Positions 23,299 through 33,675 of a DNA stretch of 64,000 nt are shown in pieces. Origin of the DNA: Escherichia coli (GTDB lineage: Bacteria > Pseudomonadota > Gammaproteobacteria > Enterobacterales > Enterobacteriaceae); the NCBI RefSeq assembly GCF_036507355.1, contig NZ_AP027877.1, one strand, 5' to 3'. Below the pieces are notes generated by a model. That model was not told where the DNA came from. It made no database searches and worked only from the letters and a program-made list of their open reading frames with translations. Each line of letters starts with the position of its first letter. Positions within the stretch are counted from its first letter, which is position 1. The position numbers and the translations under genes are program-made.

Positions 23299-24765
23299 TT
23301 AAATTTTGAGGGTGTTTAATAGCGCCTGATGCGCGCCGAATTGTACGATTTGTTGCCAGGCTTGTTCGATGGCCTGCACAAAATGCGGGTTATCTGGCAG
23401 ATCATCACCGAAAACTTCACGCAGGGAAAGCAGGGCGGTGACGCGTTGTTCACTGCTGCTGCCCGCAACAAGTTCGCGAATTTTATCGCTAAGCGGATCG
23501 CGAACATCAATGGCATTTCCGGCATCATCAACGCCGCTGACGTAACGCATCCAGCCAGCAACGCCTAATGCCAGCAACGACCAGTCCGTTTCACGCCCCA
23601 GATGTATGCGAATACCTGCCAGCATACGTTGCGGTAATTTCTGGCTGCCATCCATCGCGATTTGCCAGGTCTTATGTTTCAGCGACGGATTAGCAAAACG
23701 TGCAATTAACTTATCCGCATATTGTGTTAAATCGACATCTTTAATTTGCAGTGTCGGCGCTTGCTCATCCAGCATTAATGTTCTGGCGGCATGGCGAAAT
23801 GCGCGATCCTGCATGCAATCACTGATGTGGGCGAATCCTGAGAGGTAACCCAGATAAGCGAGAAAAGAGTGGCTGCCATTAAGCATCCGCAGTTTCATCT
23901 CTTCCCATGGCAGGACATCATTCACCATTTGTACACCTGCGACTTCCCAGGCAGGACGCCCAGCGACGAAGTTATCTTCAACCACCCACTGGATAAACGG
24001 TTCGCAGCTAATCGCGCAGGGATCATTTACCCCCAGATGCTGGCTGATTTCTGCCAGTGATTCGTCGGTTGCAGCCGGAACAATGCGGTCGACCATGGTT
24101 CCCGGAAAACTGACGTGTTCTTTTATCCACCCGGCGAGTTCTGGCGAACGTTTTTCTGCCATTCCCAGCACCGCGTTTTTCACCACATGGCCATTGTCGG
24201 GAATATTGTCGCAGGAGAGCACGGTAAACGGTGTAAGGCCGCGCTCACGGCGGCGTTTCAGTGCTTCGACTAGAATACCTGGCGCGGAGTGAGGTTCTTC
24301 AGGGTTTTGTAGATCGTGAATAATCCGCGGATTGCTGGTGTCGAGTGCACCGGTGGCCGGGTCAATACAATAGCCTTTTTCGGTAATCGTCAGGGAAACA
24401 ATTGCCACCTGTGGCTCGCAAAACTTCTCAATAATTGCCGCTAAGGAATCCAGTTTTGCATTCAGGCATTCGTGAACGGCACCGACAATTATCGCCTGAT
24501 TGCCGTCCGCCCCTTTCTCCAGCACGGTGTATAAATGGTTCTGTGCGCGGAGCTGGCTCATCAGTTGATCACCGCTGAACAAGCTGATTTCACAGATCCC
24601 CCAGTCACCGCCCTGGGCATTCAGCACACGATCGGTCAGTAACGCCTGATGTGCGCGGTGAAAGGCTCCAAAGCCAAAATGAACGATACGTGATTGCAAC
24701 TGCTGGCGATCGTAGCGTGGAGCGTGTACATGATGCGGGAGCGTAACGGAGGCGATTGTATTCAT
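23299..24765 (-). CDS. yeiQ: Mannitol/altronate-type polyol dehydrogenase-family oxidoreductase YeiQ (488 aa)
   Basis: Rossmann motif HFGFGAFHRAHQ near the N-terminus; start trimmed to MNTIASVTLP. Confidence 0.85.
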   Translation of the reverse strand: MNTIASVTLPHHVHAPRYDRQQLQSRIVHFGFGAFHRAHQALLTDRVLNAQGGDWGICEISLFSGDQLMSQLRAQNHLYTVLEKGADGNQAIIVGAVHECLNAKLDSLAAIIEKFCEPQVAIVSLTITEKGYCIDPATGALDTSNPRIIHDLQNPEEPHSAPGILVEALKRRRERGLTPFTVLSCDNIPDNGHVVKNAVLGMAEKRSPELAGWIKEHVSFPGTMVDRIVPAATDESLAEISQHLGVNDPCAISCEPFIQWVVEDNFVAGRPAWEVAGVQMVNDVLPWEEMKLRMLNGSHSFLAYLGYLSGFAHISDCMQDRAFRHAARTLMLDEQAPTLQIKDVDLTQYADKLIARFANPSLKHKTWQIAMDGSQKLPQRMLAGIRIHLGRETDWSLLALGVAGWMRYVSGVDDAGNAIDVRDPLSDKIRELVAGSSSEQRVTALLSLREVFGDDLPDNPHFVQAIEQAWQQIVQFGAHQALLNTLKI

Positions 24766-24941
24766 AGGAGTCACGTCTTAGTAACGATTAATTAACAATG
24801 ACAGTGTAAAGTTATATGACAGCAATTGAAATTGGTCTGGATTGTTAATGCGATGAAGTGTGAGGGCGATCAATCAACGAGTGAAAATTGCGGGCATAAG
24901 GTGTTCAGGAAGCGCAAAATAGAAGATTGGTATAATAAATT

Positions 24942-24975
24942 AAAAAAGGGACAGCCTGAGCTATCCCTTTTCTGC
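24942..24975 (-). terminator. Rho-independent terminator downstream of efpL
   Basis: Minus strand reads gggatagctcaggctgtccc followed by TTTTTT. Confidence 0.6.
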
Positions 24976-24987
24976 ATGCGGCTGAAG

Positions 24988-25560
24988 TTAGTCAGCACGC
25001 CCCATATAACGGCGTTCTTCGATATGGATACGAATTTTTTCGCCCGGGCTTAAGTATTCTGGTACCTGAATCACCAGACCAGTGCTCAATGTCGCCGGTT
25101 TGTTACGGGCGCTGGCAGATGCCCCTTTGATGCCTGGTGCGGTTTCAACGATTTCCAGATCAACGGTCTGCGGCAGCTCAAGCGCCAGCAGTTGACCGTC
25201 CCAGGTCAGCACCTGCATGTCCGGCATGCCGCCTTCTGGCATAAACAGCAACTCTTCTTCAATCTGATCTTTGGTGAAGGTATACGGGGTATAGTCTTCT
25301 TTATCCATAAAGACATATTCGTTACCATCGACATAGGAGAAGTCAACGTAACGGCGGGTCAGCGTCACGGTGTCAACGATATCATCACCTTTGAAACGCT
25401 CTTCTACTTTCAGCCCGGTACGGACATCAGAAAAACGCATTTTGTACAGCGTAGCGGCACCGCGGGCAGTGGGCGACTGAATATCAATGTCCTTAACCAG
25501 CAGCAGTTTGCCGTTGTAATTCAGTACCATACCTTTTTTAATTTCGTTCGCTCTTGGCAT
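24988..25560 (-). CDS. efpL: Elongation factor P-like protein EfpL/YeiP (190 aa)
   Basis: [30 protein letters not shown]... EF-P-like fold; start trimmed from the 275-aa track ORF. Confidence 0.9.
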
Positions 25561-25714
25561 CGAAAAATTCCTGTAGTCGAAAATGTCAAAAATATCGCGA
25601 CAAAGTACTCGCGACGGGCCTTTCGGGCAAGTGGTATTCGCACTTTTGCTGGTGCAAAAAAGGTGGTACTGTGCGCGCTCATCAATCCGGTGGTTAACCT
25701 TAAGAGAACAACGT

Positions 25715-25969
25715 ATGGAATGCCGTCCGGGTTGCGGGGCGTGTTGCACTGCCCCTTCAATTTCCAGCCCTATTCCCGGTATGCCAGATGGCAAGCCCGC
25801 CAATACGCCCTGCATTCAGCTTGATGAACAGCAACGCTGTAAAATTTTCACCTCGCCACTGCGGCCGAAAGTCTGTGCAGGCTTACAAGCCAGCGCTGAA
25901 ATGTGCGGTAACTCGCGTCAGCAGGCAATGACCTGGCTTATCGATCTGGAAATGCTGACCGCGCCTTAA
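25715..25969 (+). CDS. yeiW: Cysteine-rich UPF0153 protein YeiW (84 aa)
   Basis: [27 protein letters not shown]... with conserved Cys cluster; divergent from efpL. Confidence 0.8.
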
Positions 25970-27147
25970 ACATCTTTAATCCGCAGTAAGCAAAACAGAG
26001 TGGCGATAATCATCACCATCGCAAACCAGAACACAGCGTGATAATTCCAGATCTCGGCGACGATGCCCGCTACAGATCCTGCGATGATCCAGCCCACGCG
26101 CGACGTGTTGGTATAGAGCGTGGTGGCTGAACCTGCCTGACCGGGCATCAAATCCTGAAAATAGAGCATCCCGATGCCGCCCAGAATGCCAATAAAAATA
26201 GCATTTAGCAGTTGCAAGCCCAACAGAATGGCAGGTGAATGCGCCATCAGCATTCCTGCGTAAAAACAGACGCCACCCACGGCAGCAACGCGCATTAAGA
26301 AACGCTTACCCAGACGTTTGGCAAAATATCCGGCAATCAACATGGTCGGGATTTCCAGCCCGGCGGCGGTCCCCATCATTACGCCTGCCAGTTTCTCGGG
26401 AAGATGCAGTTCGTTGATTATAAATAGCGGCATGTTGATGATGTACAGACTGTTCGAGCCCCACATCAATGTACAAATGACAAACAGCAGCAGCGTATCG
26501 CGACGGTTACGGCGCGGCGCTTCAAGCGTGCCGGTCGCCAGCGGAAGCTCTTTTTGCATCGACGGTAAAAACAGCCACACCATCACGCCGCAAACAATAA
26601 ATGCTACCGCTGCGCTCAGATACATTACCGTAAAGCTGAACCCCATCGCTAAGGCATAAGCCAGCGGTGGGCCAATGACCCATGCCAGTGAAACCTGAGC
26701 GCGTAAAAAAGAGCTGAACATCACCGCCTCACGTCCGGTTTTGTCGGCATGTTCACGGGCAAGGGCAAACATTTGCGGGTTAGCGGTCGAGCCAAAGCTG
26801 CTAAGAAAGACGCCAACGAATAGCAAAACAAAGTAGTTGCGATTCCAGGCAAAAAGGGTGCAGGCCAGCACGCCTAACAGGCAGCAAAAGACAATCAGCG
26901 ATTTGCGATCGCCGCGCTTATCAGAGCGCCCGGCGAGAAACTGACTCACCAGAATCCCAATGACAGCGCTGCCGGTAAAGAAGAATCCCACCATCGCCGG
27001 ACGGGCATGTACTTCATCGGTAAGAAAAATACTGAGTGTCGGGGTTTGCAGAGCGCCCGCAATACCGGTGAGAAAGGCAACGATTAAAAACGCCGTCGAG
27101 GTCAGGTCAAACGATTTCGCGCTGGAGACTGCGGGGGAGTTATGCAT
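25966..27147 (-). CDS. setB: Sugar efflux MFS transporter SetB (393 aa)
   Basis: 12-TM MFS ORF; its stop codon overlaps the yeiW stop on the opposite strand. Confidence 0.9.
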
Positions 27148-27413
27148 GCTGGTCGATCACTGGAAGAGGAAGACGCGGAGTTTACGCTGCTTGTCAGAAA
27201 ATAAACAGACAGCGAAATCAAAAGCGCCACGAATAATCAAAATGCCATTTCACTGTTGCTGATTGGCTGCTGACGCTGCTGAAATGAAATTGCTGATAAC
27301 GGATTTTCCCATCAGCAATTAGGAAAAATGACAAAAAATTGTGCAGCACATCAAACTTTTGCTCATAACTTTACGGCTTTCCTTGCGTGCTGAAACAGAA
27401 GTATTATGCTTTC

Positions 27414-27427
27414 TTGAAACGTTTCAG
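27414..27427. promoter_or_regulatory. Cra (FruR) operator in the fruBKA promoter
   Basis: TTGAAACGTTTCAG, a near-perfect palindrome matching the Cra consensus, about 90 bp upstream of fruB. Confidence 0.75.
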
Positions 27428-27479
27428 CGCGATCTTGTCTTTAACCCTAAGCCAGGTTGGCGCTTTTTTTCTCATAGAA

Positions 27480-27493
27480 GCTGAATCGTTTCA
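27480..27493. promoter_or_regulatory. Second Cra (FruR) operator in the fruBKA leader
   Basis: GCTGAATCGTTTCA matches the Cra consensus, about 25 bp upstream of the fruB start. Confidence 0.75.
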
Positions 27494-27514
27494 ATTCAGC
27501 AAGAGAGGAGAACT

Positions 27515-28645
27515 ATGTTCCAGTTATCCGTACAGGACATCCATCCGGGCGAAAAGGCCGGAGACAAAGAAGAGGCGATTCGCCAGGTCGCTGCGGCGCT
27601 GGTGCAGGCCGGTAATGTAGCAGAAGGCTACGTCAATGGCATGCTGGCGCGCGAACAGCAAACCTCAACGTTCCTCGGCAATGGTATTGCTATTCCACAC
27701 GGCACTACCGACACCCGCGATCAGGTGCTGAAAACCGGCGTTCAGGTATTTCAGTTCCCGGAAGGCGTCACCTGGGGTGACGGTCAGGTAGCGTACGTAG
27801 CGATCGGTATTGCTGCCAGCTCGGATGAGCATCTGGGCCTGCTACGCCAGCTGACCCACGTACTGAGCGATGATTCCGTTGCTGAACAACTGAAGTCAGC
27901 AACAACAGCAGAAGAACTTCGCGCATTGCTGATGGGCGAAAAGCAGAGTGAGCAGTTGAAGCTCGACAACGAAATGCTGACGCTGGATATCGTCGCCAGC
28001 GATCTGCTGACTCTTCAGGCGCTGAACGCTGCGCGTCTGAAAGAAGCGGGGGCAGTTGACGCCACTTTCGTCACCAAAGCCATCAATGAACAACCGCTGA
28101 ACCTCGGACAGGGCATCTGGCTGAGCGATAGCGCCGAAGGCAATCTGCGTAGCGCGATTGCGGTAAGCCGTGCGGCAAATGCTTTTGATGTGGACGGCGA
28201 AACGGCAGCCATGCTGGTGAGTGTGGCGATGAATGACGATCAGCCCATTGCGGTTCTTAAGCGTCTCGCTGATTTGTTGCTCGACAATAAAGCTGACCGC
28301 TTGCTGAAAGCGGATGCGGCAACGTTGCTGGCGCTGCTGACCAGCGATGATGCGCCGACCGACGACGTGTTAAGCGCGGAGTTTGTGGTGCGCAATGAAC
28401 ACGGCCTGCATGCTCGTCCAGGTACCATGCTGGTCAACACCATTAAACAATTTAACAGTGATATTACCGTGACAAACCTTGATGGCACCGGCAAACCGGC
28501 AAACGGACGTAGTCTGATGAAAGTTGTGGCACTTGGCGTTAAGAAAGGTCATCGCCTACGCTTTACCGCCCAGGGTGCAGATGCTGAACAGGCGCTGAAA
28601 GCAATCGGCGACGCTATCGCTGCTGGTCTTGGGGAGGGCGCATAA
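27515..28645 (+). CDS. fruB: Fructose PTS fused IIA/FPr diphosphoryl transfer protein FruB (376 aa)
   Basis: N-terminal EIIA-Fru domain and C-terminal HPr-like domain ([11 protein letters not shown]). Confidence 0.93.
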
Positions 28646-29583
28646 TGAGCAGACGTGTTGCTACTATCACCCTTAATCCGGCTTATGACCTTGTTGGTTT
28701 CTGTCCGGAAATTGAACGCGGCGAAGTGAACCTGGTGAAAACCACCGGTCTGCATGCGGCGGGTAAAGGCATCAACGTGGCCAAAGTATTAAAAGACTTG
28801 GGAATTGATGTCACCGTTGGCGGCTTCCTCGGTAAAGACAATCAGGATGGTTTTCAGCAACTGTTCAGCGAGCTGGGCATTGCCAACCGTTTCCAGGTTG
28901 TACAGGGGCGCACCCGAATTAACGTTAAGCTGACGGAAAAAGACGGCGAAGTGACCGACTTCAACTTCTCGGGTTTTGAAGTCACCCCCGCCGACTGGGA
29001 ACGCTTTGTGACTGATTCTCTGAGCTGGCTCGGTCAGTTCGATATGGTCTGTGTCAGCGGAAGCTTACCGTCAGGCGTCAGCCCGGAAGCGTTCACCGAC
29101 TGGATGACTCGCCTGCGTAGTCAGTGTCCTTGCATTATCTTTGATAGTAGCCGTGAAGCGTTAGTAGCAGGTTTGAAAGCGGCACCGTGGCTGGTGAAAC
29201 CTAACCGCCGCGAGCTGGAAATCTGGGCAGGCCGTAAACTGCCTGAAATGAAAGATGTGATTGAAGCTGCGCATGCGCTGCGTGAACAAGGTATTGCGCA
29301 TGTCGTTATTTCACTGGGTGCCGAAGGCGCGCTTTGGGTTAATGCCTCCGGCGAATGGATCGCCAAACCACCGTCAGTCGATGTCGTAAGCACCGTTGGC
29401 GCAGGGGATTCTATGGTTGGTGGCCTGATTTATGGCTTGCTAATGCGTGAATCCAGTGAACACACACTGCGTCTGGCGACTGCTGTTGCAGCCCTGGCGG
29501 TAAGTCAAAGCAATGTGGGTATTACCGATCGTCCGCAGTTGGCCGCAATGATGGCGCGCGTCGACTTACAACCTTTTAACTGA
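28645..29583 (+). CDS. fruK: 1-phosphofructokinase FruK, pfkB family (312 aa)
   Basis: pfkB kinase motifs including GAGDSMVGG near the C-terminus. Confidence 0.93.
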   Translation: MSRRVATITLNPAYDLVGFCPEIERGEVNLVKTTGLHAAGKGINVAKVLKDLGIDVTVGGFLGKDNQDGFQQLFSELGIANRFQVVQGRTRINVKLTEKDGEVTDFNFSGFEVTPADWERFVTDSLSWLGQFDMVCVSGSLPSGVSPEAFTDWMTRLRSQCPCIIFDSSREALVAGLKAAPWLVKPNRRELEIWAGRKLPEMKDVIEAAHALREQGIAHVVISLGAEGALWVNASGEWIAKPPSVDVVSTVGAGDSMVGGLIYGLLMRESSEHTLRLATAVAALAVSQSNVGITDRPQLAAMMARVDLQPFN

Positions 29584-29599
29584 CAGCAGGAGAGGCATA

Positions 29600-31291
29600 A
29601 TGAAAACGCTGCTGATTATTGACGCTAATCTCGGTCAGGCACGCGCCTATATGGCGAAGACCCTGCTGGGCGCGGCGGCGCGAAAAGCAAAACTGGAAAT
29701 CATCGACAATCCGAACGACGCAGAAATGGCGATTGTTCTCGGTGATTCCATCCCGAATGACAGCGCGCTGAACGGTAAAAATGTCTGGCTGGGCGATATT
29801 TCCCGGGCAGTTGCGCACCCTGAGCTGTTCCTGAGTGAAGCCAAAGGCCATGCGAAACCTTACACTGCGCCGGTCGCTGCGACAGCACCGGTTGCCGCCA
29901 GCGGTCCGAAACGCGTAGTTGCGGTGACTGCTTGCCCGACTGGCGTAGCACACACCTTTATGGCGGCTGAAGCCATTGAAACCGAAGCGAAAAAACGTGG
30001 CTGGTGGGTGAAAGTTGAAACCCGTGGTTCTGTTGGTGCGGGTAATGCAATCACCCCCGAAGAAGTAGCCGCAGCGGATCTGGTGATTGTGGCGGCAGAT
30101 ATCGAAGTGGATCTGGCGAAATTTGCTGGTAAACCGATGTATCGTACCTCTACCGGTCTGGCGCTGAAGAAAACCGCGCAGGAACTGGATAAAGCGGTTG
30201 CTGAAGCAACGCCGTATGAACCGGCGGGCAAAGCTCAAACGGCGACCTCTGAAGGTAAGAAAGAGAGTGCAGGCGCATACCGTCACTTGCTGACGGGCGT
30301 CTCTTACATGCTGCCGATGGTCGTTGCAGGTGGTCTGTGTATCGCGCTTTCTTTTGCTTTTGGTATCGAAGCGTTTAAAGAGCCGGGTACGTTGGCAGCG
30401 GCGCTGATGCAGATTGGTGGTGGTTCAGCCTTTGCGCTGATGGTGCCGGTACTGGCAGGTTACATTGCCTTCTCCATTGCCGATCGTCCGGGTCTCACGC
30501 CGGGTCTGATTGGCGGTATGCTGGCGGTCAGCACCGGTTCTGGCTTCATTGGCGGTATTATTGCGGGCTTCCTGGCTGGTTACATTGCGAAGTTAATCAG
30601 TACGCAACTGAAACTGCCACAGAGTATGGAGGCGCTGAAACCGATCCTGATCATTCCGCTAATTTCCAGTCTGGTGGTCGGTCTGGCGATGATCTACCTG
30701 ATCGGTAAACCGGTTGCTGGCATTCTCGAAGGGTTGACTCACTGGCTGCAGACCATGGGGACTGCGAATGCGGTTCTGCTGGGGGCGATCCTCGGTGGCA
30801 TGATGTGTACTGACATGGGCGGTCCGGTAAATAAAGCAGCGTACGCATTCGGTGTGGGTCTGCTGAGTACTCAAACCTATGGCCCGATGGCGGCGATTAT
30901 GGCGGCAGGTATGGTGCCACCGCTGGCAATGGGTCTGGCAACAATGGTGGCGCGTCGCAAATTCGACAAAGCGCAGCAGGAAGGTGGCAAAGCCGCTCTG
31001 GTTCTTGGTCTGTGCTTTATTTCGGAAGGTGCAATTCCGTTTGCTGCTCGTGATCCGATGCGTGTGCTGCCGTGCTGTATCGTGGGTGGGGCGCTGACTG
31101 GCGCAATCTCAATGGCGATTGGTGCGAAACTGATGGCACCGCACGGTGGTCTGTTTGTTCTGCTGATCCCTGGCGCTATTACGCCGGTACTGGGTTACCT
31201 GGTAGCAATTATTGCCGGTACGCTGGTGGCGGGTTTGGCCTATGCCTTCCTGAAACGTCCGGAAGTGGACGCAGTAGCGAAAGCCGCGTAA
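29600..31291 (+). CDS. fruA: Fructose PTS IIB'BC component FruA (563 aa)
   Basis: Duplicated IIB domains followed by IIC membrane domain; CPTGVAHT phosphorylation-site motif. Confidence 0.93.
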   Translation: MKTLLIIDANLGQARAYMAKTLLGAAARKAKLEIIDNPNDAEMAIVLGDSIPNDSALNGKNVWLGDISRAVAHPELFLSEAKGHAKPYTAPVAATAPVAASGPKRVVAVTACPTGVAHTFMAAEAIETEAKKRGWWVKVETRGSVGAGNAITPEEVAAADLVIVAADIEVDLAKFAGKPMYRTSTGLALKKTAQELDKAVAEATPYEPAGKAQTATSEGKKESAGAYRHLLTGVSYMLPMVVAGGLCIALSFAFGIEAFKEPGTLAAALMQIGGGSAFALMVPVLAGYIAFSIADRPGLTPGLIGGMLAVSTGSGFIGGIIAGFLAGYIAKLISTQLKLPQSMEALKPILIIPLISSLVVGLAMIYLIGKPVAGILEGLTHWLQTMGTANAVLLGAILGGMMCTDMGGPVNKAAYAFGVGLLSTQTYGPMAAIMAAGMVPPLAMGLATMVARRKFDKAQQEGGKAALVLGLCFISEGAIPFAARDPMRVLPCCIVGGALTGAISMAIGAKLMAPHGGLFVLLIPGAITPVLGYLVAIIAGTLVAGLAYAFLKRPEVDAVAKAA

Positions 31292-31445
31292 TAAAAGGTG
31301 TGTTACAGGGCAGAATTTTACTGCCCTGTATCATTGGATGAGCGCAAAGAGAATGACCGGTTTGTGAATGTAATTTTATGAATTTAAATGGTTTTATCTT
31401 TCAGTAGAAACCTGAAACGTTCATCAAACACTAAGGTTATTTCCT

Positions 31446-31476
31446 CAAGGGCAGATTCTTTTCTGCCCTTTTTTAG
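31446..31476 (+). terminator. Rho-independent terminator downstream of fruA
   Basis: aagggcagattcttttctgccctttttt: GC stem followed by a T-run. Confidence 0.7.
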
Positions 31477-31714
31477 TGTTCATGTTCTGTGCATCCCGTC
31501 ACAAATTCCTCGCTTTTGTAATTCTGGCATTTAATCGCATTTTGTGAGCCTGCTCAAATCTGCCCGCTTTGCCTCTCTGGCGGCAATTTACTTTACGTAA
31601 AACATGCATACTATGAGCACATGTTTAAATATGAACACATGTTTAAACTGTCTTTGCAGTATCTATATTCTTGTGGATTGACAGGGTTGGTAATTTTTTA
31701 CCAGAGGACGTGCT

Positions 31715-32656
31715 ATGCGCGAAAAGGATTATGTCGTAATTATAGGCTCGGCGAATATTGATGTCGCCGGATATTCACATGAATCATTAAATTATGCGGA
31801 TTCAAATCCAGGTAAAATAAAATTTACGCCTGGTGGGGTAGGGCGCAATATTGCACAAAACCTGGCGTTGCTGGGTAATAAAGCCTGGCTACTGAGCGCC
31901 GTAGGCAGTGATTTTTATGGCCAATCGCTGCTAACGCAAACCAATCAATCTGGCGTTTATGTCGATAAATGCCTGATTGTGCCGGGAGAAAATACGTCGA
32001 GCTATTTATCATTACTCGATAATACCGGTGAAATGCTGGTTGCTATAAATGACATGAATATTAGCAACGCTATTACAGCTGAATATCTCGCACAGCACCG
32101 TGAATTTATTCAGAGGGCAAAGGTCATTGTCGCGGACTGTAATATCAGTGAAGAGGCACTGGCATGGATTCTGGATAATGCTGCCAACGTACCCGTATTT
32201 GTCGATCCGGTTTCAGCGTGGAAATGTGTCAAAGTGCGCGACCGTCTAAATCAGATCCACACTCTGAAGCCAAACCGCCTTGAAGCGGAAACACTGAGTG
32301 GGATTGCGCTGTCAGGGCGTGAAGATGTGGCAAAAGTTGCTGCCTGGTTCCATCAACATGGCCTGAACCGACTGGTATTGAGCATGGGCGGCGATGGCGT
32401 TTATTACAGCGATATCAGCGGTGAAAGTGGCTGGTCTGCGCCGATCAAAACCAATGTTATTAATGTTACCGGAGCGGGCGATGCCATGATGGCGGGACTT
32501 GCTTCGTGTTGGGTAGACGGAATGCCGTTTGCCGAATCTGTTCGTTTCGCACAGGGATGTTCGTCAATGGCGCTCTCCTGTGAATACACCAATAACCCCG
32601 ATTTATCGATTGCCAACGTTATATCGTTAGTGGAGAACGCAGAATGTCTGAATTAA
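31715..32656 (+). CDS. psuK: Pseudouridine kinase PsuK/YeiC, pfkB family (313 aa)
   Basis: pfkB sugar kinase with GGVGRNIA and GAGDAMMAG motifs; first gene of psuKGT. Confidence 0.9.
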   Translation: MREKDYVVIIGSANIDVAGYSHESLNYADSNPGKIKFTPGGVGRNIAQNLALLGNKAWLLSAVGSDFYGQSLLTQTNQSGVYVDKCLIVPGENTSSYLSLLDNTGEMLVAINDMNISNAITAEYLAQHREFIQRAKVIVADCNISEEALAWILDNAANVPVFVDPVSAWKCVKVRDRLNQIHTLKPNRLEAETLSGIALSGREDVAKVAAWFHQHGLNRLVLSMGGDGVYYSDISGESGWSAPIKTNVINVTGAGDAMMAGLASCWVDGMPFAESVRFAQGCSSMALSCEYTNNPDLSIANVISLVENAECLN

Positions 32657-33582
32657 AAATTTCCCCTGAATTATTACAAATTTCCCCGGAAGTGCAGGAC
32701 GCTTTAAAAAACAAAAAACCGGTTGTGGCGCTGGAATCGACCATTATTTCTCACGGGATGCCGTTCCCACAAAATGCCCAGACCGCAATTGAAGTTGAAG
32801 AAACTATTCGTAAACAGGGCGCAGTACCTGCCACTATCGCCATTATTGGTGGCGTGATGAAAGTGGGTTTAAGCAAAGATGAAATTGAATTACTGGGTCG
32901 TGAAGGGCATAACGTGACCAAAGTTAGTCGTCGCGATTTACCTTTTGTTGTTGCCGCCGGAAAAAATGGCGCAACCACTGTGGCTTCAACGATGATTATT
33001 GCGGCGCTTGCCGGAATTAAAGTATTTGCCACCGGGGGAATTGGTGGTGTTCATCGCGGGGCGGAACATACCTTCGATATTTCTGCCGATTTGCAAGAAC
33101 TGGCAAATACTAATGTCACCGTTGTTTGTGCCGGGGCGAAATCTATTCTCGATTTAGGATTAACCACTGAGTATTTAGAAACCTTCGGTGTGCCGTTAAT
33201 TGGCTATCAGACTAAAGCGCTGCCTGCGTTTTTCTGCCGCACCAGCCCGTTTGACGTCAGCATTCGTCTCGACAGCGCCAGCGAAATTGCCCGTGCAATG
33301 GCGGTGAAATGGCAAAGCGGGCTGAACGGTGGCCTCGTGGTAGCGAACCCGATCCCGGAACAGTTTGCTATGCCGGAACACACTATCAATGCGGCGATCG
33401 ATCAGGCGGTAGCTGAAGCTGAAGCGCAGGGTGTTATTGGTAAAGAAAGTACGCCATTCCTGCTGGCGCGCGTTGCTGAGCTGACCGGCGGTGACAGCCT
33501 GAAATTCAACATCCAGCTGGTGTTCAACAACGCCATTCTGGCGAGCGAAATTGCCAAAGAATATCAGCGTCTCGCGGGTTAA
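32644..33582 (+). CDS. psuG: Pseudouridine-5'-phosphate glycosidase PsuG/YeiN (312 aa)
   Basis: Indigoidine-synthase-A-like ORF; 13-nt overlap with psuK. Confidence 0.9.
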   Translation: MSELKISPELLQISPEVQDALKNKKPVVALESTIISHGMPFPQNAQTAIEVEETIRKQGAVPATIAIIGGVMKVGLSKDEIELLGREGHNVTKVSRRDLPFVVAAGKNGATTVASTMIIAALAGIKVFATGGIGGVHRGAEHTFDISADLQELANTNVTVVCAGAKSILDLGLTTEYLETFGVPLIGYQTKALPAFFCRTSPFDVSIRLDSASEIARAMAVKWQSGLNGGLVVANPIPEQFAMPEHTINAAIDQAVAEAEAQGVIGKESTPFLLARVAELTGGDSLKFNIQLVFNNAILASEIAKEYQRLAG

Positions 33583-33675
33583 TTTCTGACGGGCAGAAAG
33601 CCGTCGCCCGTACTGATCATACATACCGAAACCTGGCGCTGACGCCGGGTTTACTGGCATGAAGGGAAAATCATT

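Noticed and set aside
29576-30286. 236-aa ORF antisense to fruA, with similar long antisense ORFs at 45614-46465 (opposite cirA), 25192-25824 (opposite efpL), 41175-41777 (opposite yeiH) and 3718-4188 (opposite yejO)
   Set aside because: They lie entirely within well-supported genes on the opposite strand, have Arg/Cys/His-rich low-complexity translations typical of antisense frames in GC-balanced coding DNA, and have no convincing ribosome-binding sites. Treated as frame artefacts.
31388-31534. 48-codon ORF (MVLSFSRNLKRSSNTKVISS...) in the fruA-psuK intergenic region
   Set aside because: No Shine-Dalgarno sequence upstream, and the frame runs straight through the fruA terminator hairpin. 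More likely noncoding 3' UTR and promoter DNA.
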